The translations under genes were made by a program, and so were the position numbers. A stretch of DNA of 56,969 nt, the filler included, from Sluysia triapertura (Eukaryota), in assembly GCA_046118255.1 (NCBI GenBank). It is 4 parts of 4 records of this genome, joined end to end, with 100 filler letters (N's around TTAATTAATTAA, not from the genome) between each part and the next. Parts side by side here need not be neighbours in the genome. Positions count along the whole stretch, not along the records: positions 1 to 14,510 come from JBJNIA010256409.1; 3 more parts are not named here. The stretch is one strand, 5' to 3'. The notes under the pieces are model-generated. The model ran no database searches. It saw nothing but the letters and a program-made list of their open reading frames with translations, and was not told where the DNA came from. Positions within the stretch are counted from its first letter, which is position 1; every line of letters starts with the position of its first letter. Shown here one piece after another: positions 1-12,900 of the stretch.

Positions 1-1100
1 CTTCTTTTTTTGCATTTCTAATTTAATAGTCGATCTAGTAATACTATTTCGTATATTTTCCACTTTCGATACAAAAAATTTTAAAAAGTCATGTGGCGTA
101 ATTTTATCATTTTCAAAATGATTTTCATTTTGTGTACCAAATAATTTATTTAATAATTTATAAATACCTTTAATATTTGATTTGTTGGCTTCAAACGACT
201 TATTATAAAAATCCACTTTTTTCTTTTTAATAGCTTGGAATAAGATATTACGAGATTTTGTGTATTTTTTCTTTGTTTCATCAGTTTTTTTATTTCTCCA
301 TTTCCTTTCTTTGCATCGCTTTATCCTTCGTAACTCAATAATCTCAGAATCAAACCAAAACTTTTCATTAACACCACATTTTGCAACAATATTTTTGCAT
401 TTTAAAGGTGCATGCTTGTTTAAATAAAATGATAGTGTTTCGTTGTATAAATTGCTTAATGTGTCTACATCATCTGTAAAATTTATTTCTTTCTCAAATT
501 TGCTCGATAATTCTGTGCTCAGTTCTTCAATATCAATTTTTGACAAGTTTCTATATTCAATCTTTTTATACCAAACATAATTCGTAATCTTAAATTCTAC
601 TTTAAAAGTAAATAAATAATGATCAGATATATCTAATAGTTCATTAACATTTATATCAGTAACGATATTACTATCAATATTGGTAATCAATAAATCTAAT
701 ATATTTCCACATCTATGAGTTTTGAATTTTACACGATTCGTTAAATTGAATATATTTAGTAATTGGATGAATGTTCTACTTGTATTACATTCTTCATTCA
801 TTTTTATATTAAAATCTCCTGTTATTAAAACTTCTTTGGCTTTTTCCAAAATAATATCCAAATAATCATAAAATTCATCGAAAAATTCTTTAATTGAATT
901 ACCTGGTGGTCTATATATAGTAATTAATAATATTGTTTTATTTGTGTCAGTAATATTTAATTCGATATGTTCAAATGATTTATATTTAACAATAACAATG
1001 TCAAATAATTTAGCACTTATCCGATTATTTATTATAATACCAATACCACCACCACGTGATCCTTCTCTGCATTTAAGGAAAAATAAATATCCACTTAGGG
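1..1100 (-). mobile_element. CR1/L2-clade LINE ORF2 fragment (APE endonuclease plus linker), 5'-truncated, frame open to the window edge
   Basis: Minus-strand translation gives REGSRGGGIG, SFEHI, IYRPPG, LITGDFN, THRCGNILDL, ISDHYL, LNKHAPLK and WFDSEI, the APE and pre-RT motifs of CR1/L2 elements. I found no stop before position 1, which explains its absence from the ORF track. Confidence 0.92.
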
Positions 1101-1109
1101 GAAATATTG

Positions 1110-1370
1110 AATAAATTTTTCTTTGATTTATTTCTTTCAATTGGTACCAATGTCAATCAATTTTCTAAGCCAATGATCTTTTCTTTGATTTCATTTTGTG
1201 TGATTGAATTGTTCATTGAAACCATGTTATATATGGCTTGATCTATGTTATTATTGAACGCATTTTTGAGTAATCTTTCTTTTTTCGTTAGAAGTTGTAA
1301 AAATCTTTCCACTTTCATGATCTTTTATGATTCTCCAGACTGTGGAGTTATTTTTCATTAATTGGTAATT
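1110..1370 (-). mobile_element. Possible Tc1/IS630-like transposase N-terminal HTH relic
   Basis: Frameshifted pieces NSTVWRIIKDHESG and IDQAIYNMVSMNNSITQNEIKEKI resemble the paired HTH region of these transposases. Confidence 0.35.
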
Positions 1371-2048
1371 TAAATAGCTGTAGCATAAGTAAAGATTGTT
1401 TGTAACAAAATTTAAAGAATCCTATAAATTATTTCGTAATCTTAAAATATTTGATAATTACAAGTAGTAGATGAAGTAAAGTTAAGTTAACTAACGACCT
1501 TAAAATTAAAATCGTATAGGTAAGCCCTTGACTGTAGGCGAATTCTTCAAATTTTAGAATAAAATGTATGTTAAGTATGTTTTTAGATTAAAACCACAAC
1601 AAAACCGAATGTTCATCCTATGATATAACTGCAGCTACATCATTCTAGAAACTTATTTTTATATTTTTAGAAAGCAGTTTTCTTTTTTCGAAAATAAGTT
1701 TATTCATTGGAAACTTACGAATTTTGATGAGTTTAAAAGTTTGATGACCTAACAACTTTATTAAACTTTTTTACTCAACCCACTTTTTATTTGTTTAAAT
1801 ACAAATCAAATTTCATCAACAAGTACAACACCAAAACCTCATACTTTATACAGCACAATACATATAAAACATTTAACAGTTTAAGATATAAAATATATAA
1901 ATCTTAAAGTAACTTTTAAAAACACTTTTTTACAATGAAATTTTAGTAGAAACACTTCCTTCTCCTGTGTTACGTATTTATGCCTTATCAAACTTCTATG
2001 CTTTTAAAATGAATTAGAAAAATAATATTTGCGATTGATTCTTTACTG

Positions 2049-2200
2049 ATGTGAAGATTTGGTGTGATTAAGAATAGATATTCGCTTTAAATTAGATGCC
2101 TTATTATCATAAGTTCTGTATGATACTGGACTTACTCAGTGAAGGGCCAGCACATAGATTCGCAGCTTGAAAGAAAGACAAAAACTGGATGTTTATATTT
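2049..2200 (+). repeat. Short dispersed repeat family S, copy 1 (SINE-like or LINE 3' UTR-like)
   Basis: Core TGATACTGGACTTACTCAGTGAAGGGCCAGCACATAGATT...CTGGATGTTTATA recurs at 5986, 21375, 34055(-) and 41343(-). Confidence 0.85.
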
Positions 2201-2585
2201 GTATTTGGTATCGGTTTTGCTTAATTCCTGGTTATATTTTGTATTACAATTAAGTTATTTTAAATTTATTCTAATTTTTTAAAATGGGTGGTGTATGTTC
2301 ACGATGCAAAGATGCGAAGATGTAAATTTAAGTATTTTATTAAAAATCTATTTGTGTTATTACATATAATATTGCAAGATTTTCTCTTAAAATGCAAAAT
2401 GACTCTGGAAGTCCGTCCGACTAATCAGGCACGATTTATATCAAAATGAATACGCCTAATTAGATTTGAGTCTTAGAAGAATTAGCTGACGCAATGGGCT
2501 AATTGTGCTGGTAGACGTTGATATCTAGTTAAAGAAATAGATTTACTAATTACCGTAAATGATCAACAAGAATTTATGAGAAATA

Positions 2586-2615
2586 CTAGTTAAACCAGCC
2601 TTTTTACGGTCTGGG
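2586..2615 (-). mobile_element. Helitron-like 3' terminus
   Basis: Minus strand reads CCCAGACC-GTAAAAA-GGCTGG (hairpin), TTTAA, then CTAG|T, the canonical hairpin + CTRR + T target arrangement. Confidence 0.55.
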
Positions 2616-4388
2616 CAAATTTTAAATTATTTTAATTGTTACAAATAATAAAAAAATCAAGTACTAACTTCTATTCTTTTAGTGTACAAAAAACTTATAC
2701 ATGTATATCAATGATAAAATAAACAATGAGAACTATTATTATAATATCAATACCGAATTTGTCAACTTAAGTTTGCGGCTTAGTTGATGTGTAAAAATTC
2801 TCTGATTTTATCAAAAGTTGACCTAGCCAGTTAGGGTCTAGGTGAAAATGCAAAAATTAAGTTACGTAAGTATTTTAGAATCCTTATTATTTTAAAATTA
2901 GAGATTTTATAAAAACCATACACAAATAAAAATTACTTCTACATGGACATTGTCAATAAATTTTATTTTTGGAACTCTTCTACTTTCGATTAATTTCCTA
3001 AAACACTTCTTTAATTTTAAATTTTACTTATTTTTATACTCTTTTTTGTTTCTCCATCTTGAAATTGTTTTGTTAAAACAAAATTTTCATTAATTAGTTT
3101 ATTTAAACAAATTATTAGTTTAATATTTCTATTTAAAAATATTGGATTTTATTGCAGTATTGATAAAATAATTTTTTGAATAAAAATAAAAGTAATTGTT
3201 TTTTTTCAACTTTTTTCAAATAATAAAATAATTGTTAATTAAGATTTCAATTAAAAATAAAATAATTGTTAAACAAATTATTTAAGGATGATTGTTAATT
3301 ATAAATATGTTAAATAATATATTCATTCTGTTATATTGTCCAATTATATTGTCCATTGTCCAACCAAGCTATTCCAAGTAGCACCAAGCTTAACAAAATT
3401 CTATATTAGAAGACTCAAAAACAATATAACTATTTATTAATACAAAAGACGATTATCAAAATGCTAATTCGTAGATATTAATTCAAAATTGGAAAATCAC
3501 ACATAAAAATGTCAGTTCAAAAAATTTTGGATAATCAATTGTCATAAAAGTATTAAACCAAATTTAAACGTTATGAAATCGTAATTTAAAGTTACCTTAT
3601 AAACACAATGCAGTAGTATTTAATAATATTAATTTTCTCAAATTTGTGTAAACGTTACGAATCGTAAAATACAATAAAGTTTAATAATATTAATATTGTA
3701 ATTAATATGTAACTGATTCAATTTAATAAATCAAATTTATGTTGTAATTAAAAATTACTGAATATTATTTTTTAAAAATTACGTGTACTTTGTGAAAATT
3801 AAAATCAACTTAATGTTGCTAAAAAAATAACGATTAATCACTATATCTTTCTTCAAAAACAATGAATGTATATTTCTTCAAATATATCTTCTTAAAGATT
3901 TTAAAATATGTTTCTTCTTAAAAATTCTTAAAAATAATTTTAATAATTAACTATTAATATTTGTACCTGTTTATATCTTTTTTACTATATTTAAAACAAT
4001 AGTAATTTAAATAATAATATTTTAAATTATAATAATAATAAAAATTTTTGAAACAATAATAATATTCACAAAATAGTAATTTGAATCTAACTAAAATATT
4101 AATTATATTTTTAAAATTGTTATTTTACTTTTTAAAAATTTTTAAATAATTTTATCACATAATTTTACAAAATTTTACGTTATAAAATTTTTCCTCTACA
4201 TTTATAATTAATAATATTTAAAAAAATTAATGAAATAATAAACTAAGAACAAATTATATACACTTTTTATTCTTACAATATTTTCTTGAAAATTACATAT
4301 TTACAAAATTAAAGACCTGAAAAAGTTTTAATTATAAAATAATTCCATTTTATATCTTAATTCTTTTGTTTGTATGTGATATTTGAGC

Positions 4389-5235
4389 TGTTAGGTTGCC
4401 ATCAAAACCCTCTAAAATTATGTAAAATATCATTAAAAAATTCTAAAATCATTTAAAAATCACCAAAAAAATTTGTTTTCCAAAGAAGAAATTTATTTTC
4501 CAAAAATATATTATTTTTCAGAAAAAGAAAATAAAATAAAATTAGCTTCTGAAAATAGAATAGAAGCTTCTAGAACATTCCATTGGTTCCTGTTGACTGA
4601 TGACTAGTGTATAAACTAGCATCAGTTCAATTTAGTACACATAATTAAACACAAATTTTATTTTTTTATAATTTTATTTGATACACCATTTTATTTTGCG
4701 GACGCCATTTTAATTCAATTTTATTAATTCATTTTATTATTATCTTTACGATTGAAATCGTAAAATACACTTAAACTAATTAAGGAAATTTTCAAAACTC
4801 CGATCTAGTGAAGGGAACTTTTGTAATATAAAATATTATACTAAAATTAATCAAAGATCGTCAAGATTTTGATTATAAAATTATTAAATTTTATTGCTTT
4901 GTCTGAGTTTTACCCTTTACTATTAATTCATTAATATAATCAATATATTATTTTTGAGCTTAATAAATTGTTAATTTTAACGTATTGGGTCGAGTATTAA
5001 TAGAAGTAATAGAAAAGACCCTTTCACTTGGCTAACAAACTTTAATCCAAGTTTATAATTAAGTTTTGGCATTAAAACTAACTTCGTTTTATTTACAGAA
5101 ACGCCATCTTTACGACATACGACGTTTACTGTAACTGGACCCTGCTCAATTTTTATTTTGCCGTATTTTAAGAGTTAAAAAACCACAATGTCATTGGTAG
5201 AACAGCAGTGTCATTGTTACTAAAATCTGAATATG
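4389..5235 (+). repeat. LTR-like dispersed repeat family A, copy 1
   Basis: Starts TGTTAGG and contains a TATAAA box (GTGTATAAACTAGCATC). Patchy homology to 45205-46050(+) and 48000-48292(-), e.g. ACCCTCTAAAAT, TAGAATAGAAGC.TCTAGAA and CGTTTACTGTAAC.GGACC. The 3' boundary is uncertain and no TSD was found. Confidence 0.7.
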
Positions 5236-5985
5236 ATACTGCAAACTTGATCACCAAATTTAGTATATATATTATTCTTCAACTTAAAGTCTCATTGCTA
5301 ACGTCATATATACGATCTTCAATAAATTTTATTTCGCCTTGAGAAATGGAAATAACAAGGAAAATATTAGACCAAAAATGAATATTGAATTGAAAGCTAG
5401 TAAGCTTCCGAATAAGTCAAGAAAATTCGTTGTGTTATAGAAGTTTGTAAATAAAACAACTAACTCAGATATTTTGAGATTCTTATTTCGTAAATCTAAA
5501 TATTTAATATTTTTGAACTAAATCCTTCGCATACATCATCACTATTAGAATTTTCTAAAAGAATTGTAATAGGTCCAAAATGAGTATTTGGTTTTACTTG
5601 TAATTCATTAATCGTTGCCAACTTATTAGTTAAGCCATCGTTTTGTAAGACATTATTCAATTCGTTCAAAATTTGAAGCTTCATTACAATAACTTAATGA
5701 ATTATCATCACAAAATACGACAGTCATCGTTCACATTACCAAACATAGAAAAGATATTTACGTTTTGCTAAAATTGGAGTTTTATTAATGTAACAAATTT
5801 TATTTTTTTAACGTATACGCTTACGCGACGTTCCCGTAGGATTTTAATTACTAAACTTAATGAGGTTGTATCAACTTAATAAGTTATGACTTTAGCAACT
5901 ACTTATGTAAAATAAGCGTATTAAATGTGAAACTTTTTTTTGCTTGTTATATTATGTCGAAATATTTTTTCTTTGTTTTATATGT

Positions 5986-6080
5986 CTTAGGTGAGCACTC
6001 TATGATAATGGACTTGCTCACTAAAGGGCCAGCACATAGATTTGCAATGTCAAGAGAAAAGAAAAATGGAGGTCGATAAT
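5986..6080 (+). repeat. Short repeat family S, copy 2
   Basis: TATGATAATGGACTTGCTCACTAAAGGGCCAGCACATAGATTTGCA...TGGAGGT. Confidence 0.85.
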
Positions 6081-7029
6081 ATGTCACTTTGTCAAATCTT
6101 TATATGCAATTTTTGGTTTACGATTAATCGTAATAACTATCCTAAACTCAATAAAAACAAGAACAATACGTTTACAAATGTATTTATGAATAATAAATTA
6201 ATCATGTGATAAACTTCGTAAAATAGTTAATAAATTAAAATTCAACAATGTACAAACTTAATTAATCGTAAATTTCAACAACATATATAAGAACTTAGGT
6301 GCTATTAAAAAGGCAATAATTTAAATTATAGTAACAATAATTAATTTAATATTATAATTAAAACAATAATAATGTTCTTTATTCTAATTTATTTTGGCAA
6401 TTCGAGATTTTGCTAAAAGTTGGATTTCAGTTGTGATTTTAATGATTTTTATTAAAGAATAATAACTTAAACGACTAACGAAAATTTTAAAAAATAATCT
6501 GCAAAACAATTGATCAATAACTCATTCAACCAAAAAAATAAATTATTTTAATGAAAAAATAAATACTTCAACAAAATTGATTGATAACTATAACTTCTAA
6601 TTAAATTTTTTTAATCACTAAAACTAATGAAGATTCAAAATGAAGATTTAAAATTAATTATCTTTAGCGATTCAGTTTCGCTATTAATAGTTTTTCGAAT
6701 GTTTATTCTTAGTAAATCTATTTTTAAATTAACAAAATTAGTGACTTAAACAAATAATAATATTTTCATAATTAATAATAATATAATAAAAATGATTTCG
6801 ATAATTTAATAATTTCAATAAAATAATATCTAATTTAAACAATAATATTTTTATAATTAATATAATAATATAATTATAATATTTTTTAATAAAAATAATT
6901 TAATAAATTCAAAAAAATAATTTCGACGATTTAATATTAATAATTAATAATTTTCAAATTACAATTACACATTTTACAAATTTTACATTTACAGTAGTAT
7001 AGTACAGTATAGTATAGTATGGTACACAT

Positions 7030-7854
7030 CAGTGGTCTTCACACTTTGTGCTGCGACCCACTTTGCGAGTCCAAATTTTTTCACGATCCCTAAGGACTAA
7101 ACTAAAAATAATTAAGTAAATTTCTTTTAATAAAAAGATTTTCTTAACACCAAAAAATTAAAATATATTTAATAATAGCATATTAGAACATACTGTTGTT
7201 GAGACTGTTTTTTGCAGTAAGAAAAAATTTATTTTGTTGTCTAATGATGCATAAGTTCGTACTGTTTTTTACAATTATAAAAAATGCATACCGATCAAGA
7301 ATAAAAACCACGCAAAAAATTCCAGATAACAAAATGAATTTATTAAATCATTAGAAAAACATATATCTAAGACTCCATTTTCGAGATATTCTCGCCACAA
7401 TCGATTACTTCCTTCCACCGTTCTGGCAGTTCGTCAATCCCACGTTGAAGAAGCTGGTTAATTTTTGGTCAAAAAATTTTTCAATCCACGTTGTTCTGTC
7501 TTTTCTCTATAAACGCAACAAATTATTATGGTGGTTTCTTCAGCGTTTAATGTTGATTAAAATAGAAAAGGAGTAGATGCTGGAAATGTTCATTTTTATC
7601 TACCTGACACCATTTTAATGAGGGTAATGAAAGTGAAAGTTAGTCTTAAATGATTTAAATAGATAATTCAGATGAATGAATATATCTCAGATTAGTTAAA
7701 ACAAGAAGTTGGTGTGTCTTTGCAACAAATAAAACCGCACGAATTTATGCACCAACCTAATAAATAAAATAAAATAATTGTATTAAAAATTATTTAAAAT
7801 TAGACTTCTCATATTTAGAGAATATTTTCTTATGAATACTTTTGAAGAACACTG
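7030..7854. mobile_element. Non-autonomous hAT element with a nested mariner C-terminal relic
   Basis: TIRs CAGTGGTCTTCACA / TTTGAAGAACACTG and a degraded 8-bp TSD (GTACACAT / GTATATAT). The minus strand at about 7390-7490 reads NFFDQKLTSFF...GIDELPERWKEVIDCG, a mariner C-terminus. Confidence 0.75.
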
Positions 7855-8106
7855 GTATATATTATATTATTGATGATAATTATAAAAGTATTTAATAATT
7901 TTATAGAATTAACCCTTTTAAATGTATTTATGAATTATTCTTTGTTAAGGGATCAGTGTATTTTAATTTCAAGTTAGAATACGTAAGTTACCAAAGCATA
8001 TCTCATTTTCGATAAAAGTTAAATAACTTTTTTTACAATATTATTCAAAATTTAAATTTATTTTCTAAAAATATTTTATTAAATGTAATGTGTATATGTA
8101 ATGTAG

Positions 8107-8498
8107 CTATAAAAAATCAGATATCATTATCTACAACGAATACAAACCTGAGTTCAAATGCGACATCTCAAGAATACAAGTCCAGTCTTACTCCATTAAC
8201 TATTTCAACAAGTAGTGTTAAGTTTACAGGTCGGGTGCATTTCTCAATGGTTTTCAAGTCAGATCTTCCTATCACTATCAAAGAAAAGTTGCTTACTTCG
8301 TCTCCATCATCTGCTACCGCCTCCATGGCCCATTATTTGATTTTACCACCGGATGATGTGGTATATCAATATGGAAAAAGAGAAGGGGAAACTCTAAATT
8401 TTGAGAGTTTGCAATTATTTTTAAGTCATGTTTGTCCGAGTACTAATGATATTTTCATATGGAATTTGGTGCTTGTAAATCTTCTGGTATCATTTCAA
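8107..8498 (+). CDS. Internal exon of a multipass membrane protein, luminal domain (tentatively TMEM145/GPR180 GOST family)
   Basis: AG|CT acceptor and CAA|GTTAGA donor with an open frame. GRVHFSMVF and LFLSHVCP..IWNLVLVN resemble TMEM145 GRLDFRF and IALSKC..YEMVLTN. Confidence 0.65.
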
Positions 8499-10148
8499 GT
8501 TAGATTTACGAATTTATATAACAAATTTCGAAAATCATACTTGTAAAAATAACTTTGATTATCAATCGTTTCATGTTTTGTAAAGAGATGCTAAGTTACA
8601 CTTTTAGTTTATTATATTTTAGACTGATTTAGTTAATGAGTTAAATGCAAATGTGTAAATTACCATCTCTTTCGTAATATAATTTCAATGTTTAGTAATA
8701 TATATGGTTGAATATATTTAACACTTAAATTTATTATTTACATTTAATAATACATTAAATTTATTATTAATTACATTTAAATTTATTATTTGATTGAATA
8801 TGACAGAATGAAATTTCAATATCCAAAATTAAATTAAGTCATTAATGGAAAATTGTTCAATTTTTGAAATTATTGTAACTTCAACGTGAAGTAAAATAAA
8901 GTGATGAATCTTTTTATTTAAAACATTACAGTAACACCAAAAAACAATTATCTACGATGACAAATCCGTAATTTTATCAATTAATGCTAGATATTGTCAA
9001 AACTCTGTATAAACAATTATATTCATATATTATATTATATATTATATTTTGTTATGTTATGTTATGTTAAATTTGCAATATCTGTTATACAAAATTTTTA
9101 AAATCTTATTCTAAAGAAATTGAGATAGTACAATGCATTTTCTTAATAACTAGAACTTAAATTTAAAAATCTTTATAAATTTATTTCAACTAAATTATGT
9201 AGTTTGATTACATTCTAGCCTTATTTAACTTTAATAAGCTTTTTCTTTTCTATGAACGTTGACCAAACAATTGCCAAATTTTTTAAATTATTTTAAGTAT
9301 CGACGAACTAATCAAAACAAATTATAGTTATGTTTTCAAGCAATATTGAATAACTCCAAATTAAAATCTCTACATTATATTGTGAGTATTTTTGGACTTG
9401 TCTCTGTTTATTATGAATCAGAAATCAAAACTAAACGTTAATTAATGATACACAGATCAAATTAGGATAAATAACGATGTTTAATAAATAAATTCTATTA
9501 GAAAATAAAATAATCTTATTTAAGAAAATTTACTTAATTTTATCTTTTTGCAAAATAGATTTTGTAATCATTTTTCTCGACCAAATAATTAAATATTTTA
9601 TTTCCAAATGATACTCATTGATATTATAATCAGTGTTCTCAAACCAAACAATTAATAATCGTTCCAGACAAAATAATTAAATTTTTCTCTGCTCTGTGCA
9701 TTGTACCTTGCAGCATTGAAAATTTGTCTTTATAAAATGCAAGTAAGATAATCAAAATTTTTTTCTTTATTTTAAACTGTTGACTAAAATTTTTCATCTT
9801 TCCTCATACTTGTATGCACTACTTATATAGTATTTTTCGTTAATTCTAAATTGTAGCCCGTTGATTTTTAATTTCATATAACAACCTTGTTATAATTAAT
9901 TTCTTCCTTTGTTCAATTCCTTTGAATGGACAATTTTATTTTATACTAAATTATTTGCATATGATCTTAAATAGTTTTTGTAATTATAAGATCAATTTAT
10001 TCTGCATAATACATTCTATATTGTAATTTAAGACATGCAATTATTTAATTACATACACTATGTTAGCTAGTATTTATTCGGGCTTGCTAATTTTTTGTTT
10101 TTAGCGGTTTTTTCACGTTTTATTGACGCTTCATCTGTAAATTGTTAG

Positions 10149-10259
10149 TGTGACAAAGTTCTTCCACATTTTGCTTTTAATGCCTTATTTTTGTCGTTAA
10201 AGATGCTAATGCTTCTTATTGCTTACAATAATAGCTCTAACCAAGTTTTTAGCTGTGAG
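10149..10259 (+). CDS. Next exon (CDKVLPHFAFNALFLSLKMLMLLIAYNNSSNQVFSCE), first TM helix
   Basis: 111 nt, phase 0-0, strong GAG|GTAAGT donor, in frame with both flanking exons. Not in the ORF track. Confidence 0.6.
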
Positions 10260-10434
10260 GTAAGTTAAAAATCCATTAAATTTTAATTATTAAATCCATT
10301 AAATTTTAATTCAATTTGTAATTAATTTTTATTAAATATTTTGATAAAATATTATGTAATTTTATTTATATTGTTTATATTATAATTATAATTATAATTA
10401 TAATTATATTTATAATTATAATAATATTATTAAG

Positions 10435-10926
10435 GCTGCCTTTCAAAGCGGTTCATATGCACTTCGTCTTGGTTATTATATTTGGTATTTTTTTATATTC
10501 AATTTTCTATACTGCTGCGTCTTTCTATCAGTACTGAGTGCTCTCAATTTCAGTCCATTGTTAGTACGTTTTAATTATTATCTTTTATCTCTGTGGCGTC
10601 GTTTGGCATTGACAAGTTTTGTAAATCATTTACGATATTTACAATTAAACCAAGATATTGATTTGGTGTTATTTCTGGCTACCTGGAGTCTTTTTGTGCT
10701 AATTATTGGTAAATTTCACAAGGATGAAGATGAGTCAGTTGGATCGATTAGTTCATCAATTAGTTCGGAAAATAATTCATTGCCTTTACATCCACCATTT
10801 CTAGACCCGTATGATTCAGCAACTGGACAACAAATAGCTATTCTCGCTACTTTGGGATCACTTAATTTGACTCTACAACAACAACCACCATTGTATATTT
10901 CAAAATTGCTAAAGTGGTCTTTTAAG
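10435..10926 (+). CDS. Multi-TM exon of the same gene
   Basis: AAG|GCT acceptor extends ORF 10558 upstream in frame (AAFQSGSYALRLGYYIWYFFIFNFLYCCVF...), donor AAG|GTTTAT. DPYDSATGQQIAIL resembles GOST-family YTYESPAGYGLIGL. Confidence 0.7.
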
Positions 10927-11461
10927 GTTTATATTTTACCTATTATTTAAAATTATATGTACATGAAAAGCATTGTTTTCGCTTAAAATATTAATTATTC
11001 TGATCAATTGTACGTCATACGTACTTGATATTGTTGACTTAAATGAGATGTAGACTTTGTTAATGATAGAACAATTTTTGAATTATGTATTGAATAACTG
11101 TAAGTTTAATTTTCAATATAATATTAATGATATTGATAAAATAACAAAGCAAAATAAATGTTACGATAATTTTTAAATTATTTTTCATTAAGTAAAATAA
11201 AAATATTCAAAACATTTTAAAAACAGAAAACATAGTTTCATTAGGTTTAATTTTCTCATCTCATTAAACAAAAAATAATATTAATGTTTATTAACTTTCA
11301 CAGTATAACTGTTTATAAAAATTTAATCTCATAAGTAATAAAAACTAAAAATATTAAATCATTATTATCGTTAAAATTTGTTTATTAATCATTAATCTAA
11401 AAATTAATTTCATTAAGAAAGAAATTTCGTTTACTTACACAACAGCAGTTGTATTCTTTTC

Positions 11462-11560
11462 TTAACACGTTCACTACCAGCGTCGCATATATGCGAAATA
11501 TAAGTTTTTGCTTTTGAGCCCGACGTGGCAAATGTGTGGCGTGTCTACCATATCAGTTTT
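11462..11560 (+). mobile_element. piggyBac-like terminus
   Basis: TTAA|CACGTTCACTACC start; about 90 bp match the reverse complement of 19910-19995. Confidence 0.7.
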
Positions 11561-11994
11561 CGGTAAGATGTTGCACTATTGTTAATAAATAATACTGAAA
11601 CAACAAAAATAATACTATAAATAAATCTTATTAATGAAACTCAAATGCATTATGTTTCTAAGAAAACATTAAAACGTTTACATTATTTAAATTGTAACTA
11701 TCAAATTGATTTTCCACTTCATATATGTTCATAAGTCTTATATTATAAATACAATTCAAATAACAAATATTTAATATGAATAACAANNNNNNNNNNNNNN
11801 NNNNNNNNNNNNNNNNNNNNNNNNNNNNNNNNNNNNNNNNNNNNNNNNNNNNNNNNNNNNNNNNNNNNNNNNNNNNNNNNNNNNNNNNNNNNNNNNNNNN
11901 NNNNNNNNNNNNNNNNNNNNNNNNNNNNNNNNNNNNNNNNNNNNNNNNNNNNNNNNNNNNNNNNNNNNNNNNNNNNNNNNNNNNNNNNNNGGAA

Positions 11995-12900
11995 AATGAG
12001 TGCAGTAAATAATATTCAAATCACAAAATTTTGAATTTGAAAATGCATAAATAAGTTTACAAGATATTTATTGAACATACAGTTTTTTGAATTTGAAATA
12101 ATTTGCCGTTTAAAACCCTCGCGAAACTTTATTCTATTTCATGAATTTTAAAAGACTAAAATATCGTATTTTTAAAACTAAATTCACTAATAATGCCTAT
12201 CAAGATCGATTTTAATCAACCTTTGTTTTTTTTGCTGCTAAGATATTGATGTTCAGTGAAGCCGCAAATTTGCATGTAGGATCTTTTCTGCATTTTTAAG
12301 ATGAATATTTTGTTGCCCAATATATTTACAAATCGAAAAGAAAATAAAGCATTTCATTAAAGCATTTCGAATATTTCAAATTTGTAACAATAGGATCATC
12401 ATTTTTTAATTGCCATATAAGTTGCGTTGATTTTTCATTTCAACAATAACGTTTCGAAGATCGCTAGAATATTATTTGAGATTAATAATAACATATTTCA
12501 CGTGCCTTTACCTGTGAATCTTATATTTTATCTTTCAATGATGAATCTGTCTAATCTTGTTAAATGAAATATTAAATTTCTACCAACATTCAAATAAATA
12601 GGCTTTAAAATTCTTAAAACAAGTCACATTTGCCACTTAATCCTCATCACATTTCAAAACAGAAAATTAGTCTAAATTTAAATTGTATAACGCAGAATTA
12701 TTAAAGTTATTCGAAATAAGTATAATATCTTCATCTCCAAAATTGACACAGCCAAAATTACCACTTGGATCTTGAATTAATTCAATTAATACTATATCAT
12801 CTTTAGAACAAGAATGATTCGCTAAAGGATGATTTATGAATGTATTAGAAAATATAGCAAATCGTTCTGGCATTACTAATGTATTTGATAAGCATTCAAC
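11995..12900 (-). pseudogene. Degenerate leucine-rich-repeat protein relic
   Basis: Stop- and frameshift-riddled frames contain LRR-like units KFNISFNKIRQI, LISNNILAI and VNILGNKIFIL. Includes ORF 12667-12873. Confidence 0.4.

Noticed and set aside
2135-2175. Hammerhead ribozyme in repeat family S (TGAAGG...GAAA)
   Set aside because: The core is not CUGANGA, and stem II and GAAA are not conserved among copies.
2284-2325. MGGVCSRC myristoylation-like micro-ORF
   Set aside because: Only 13 codons, embedded among repeats, with no linked exon.
11771-12019. ORFs spanning the N gap
   Set aside because: Artefacts of translating N as X.
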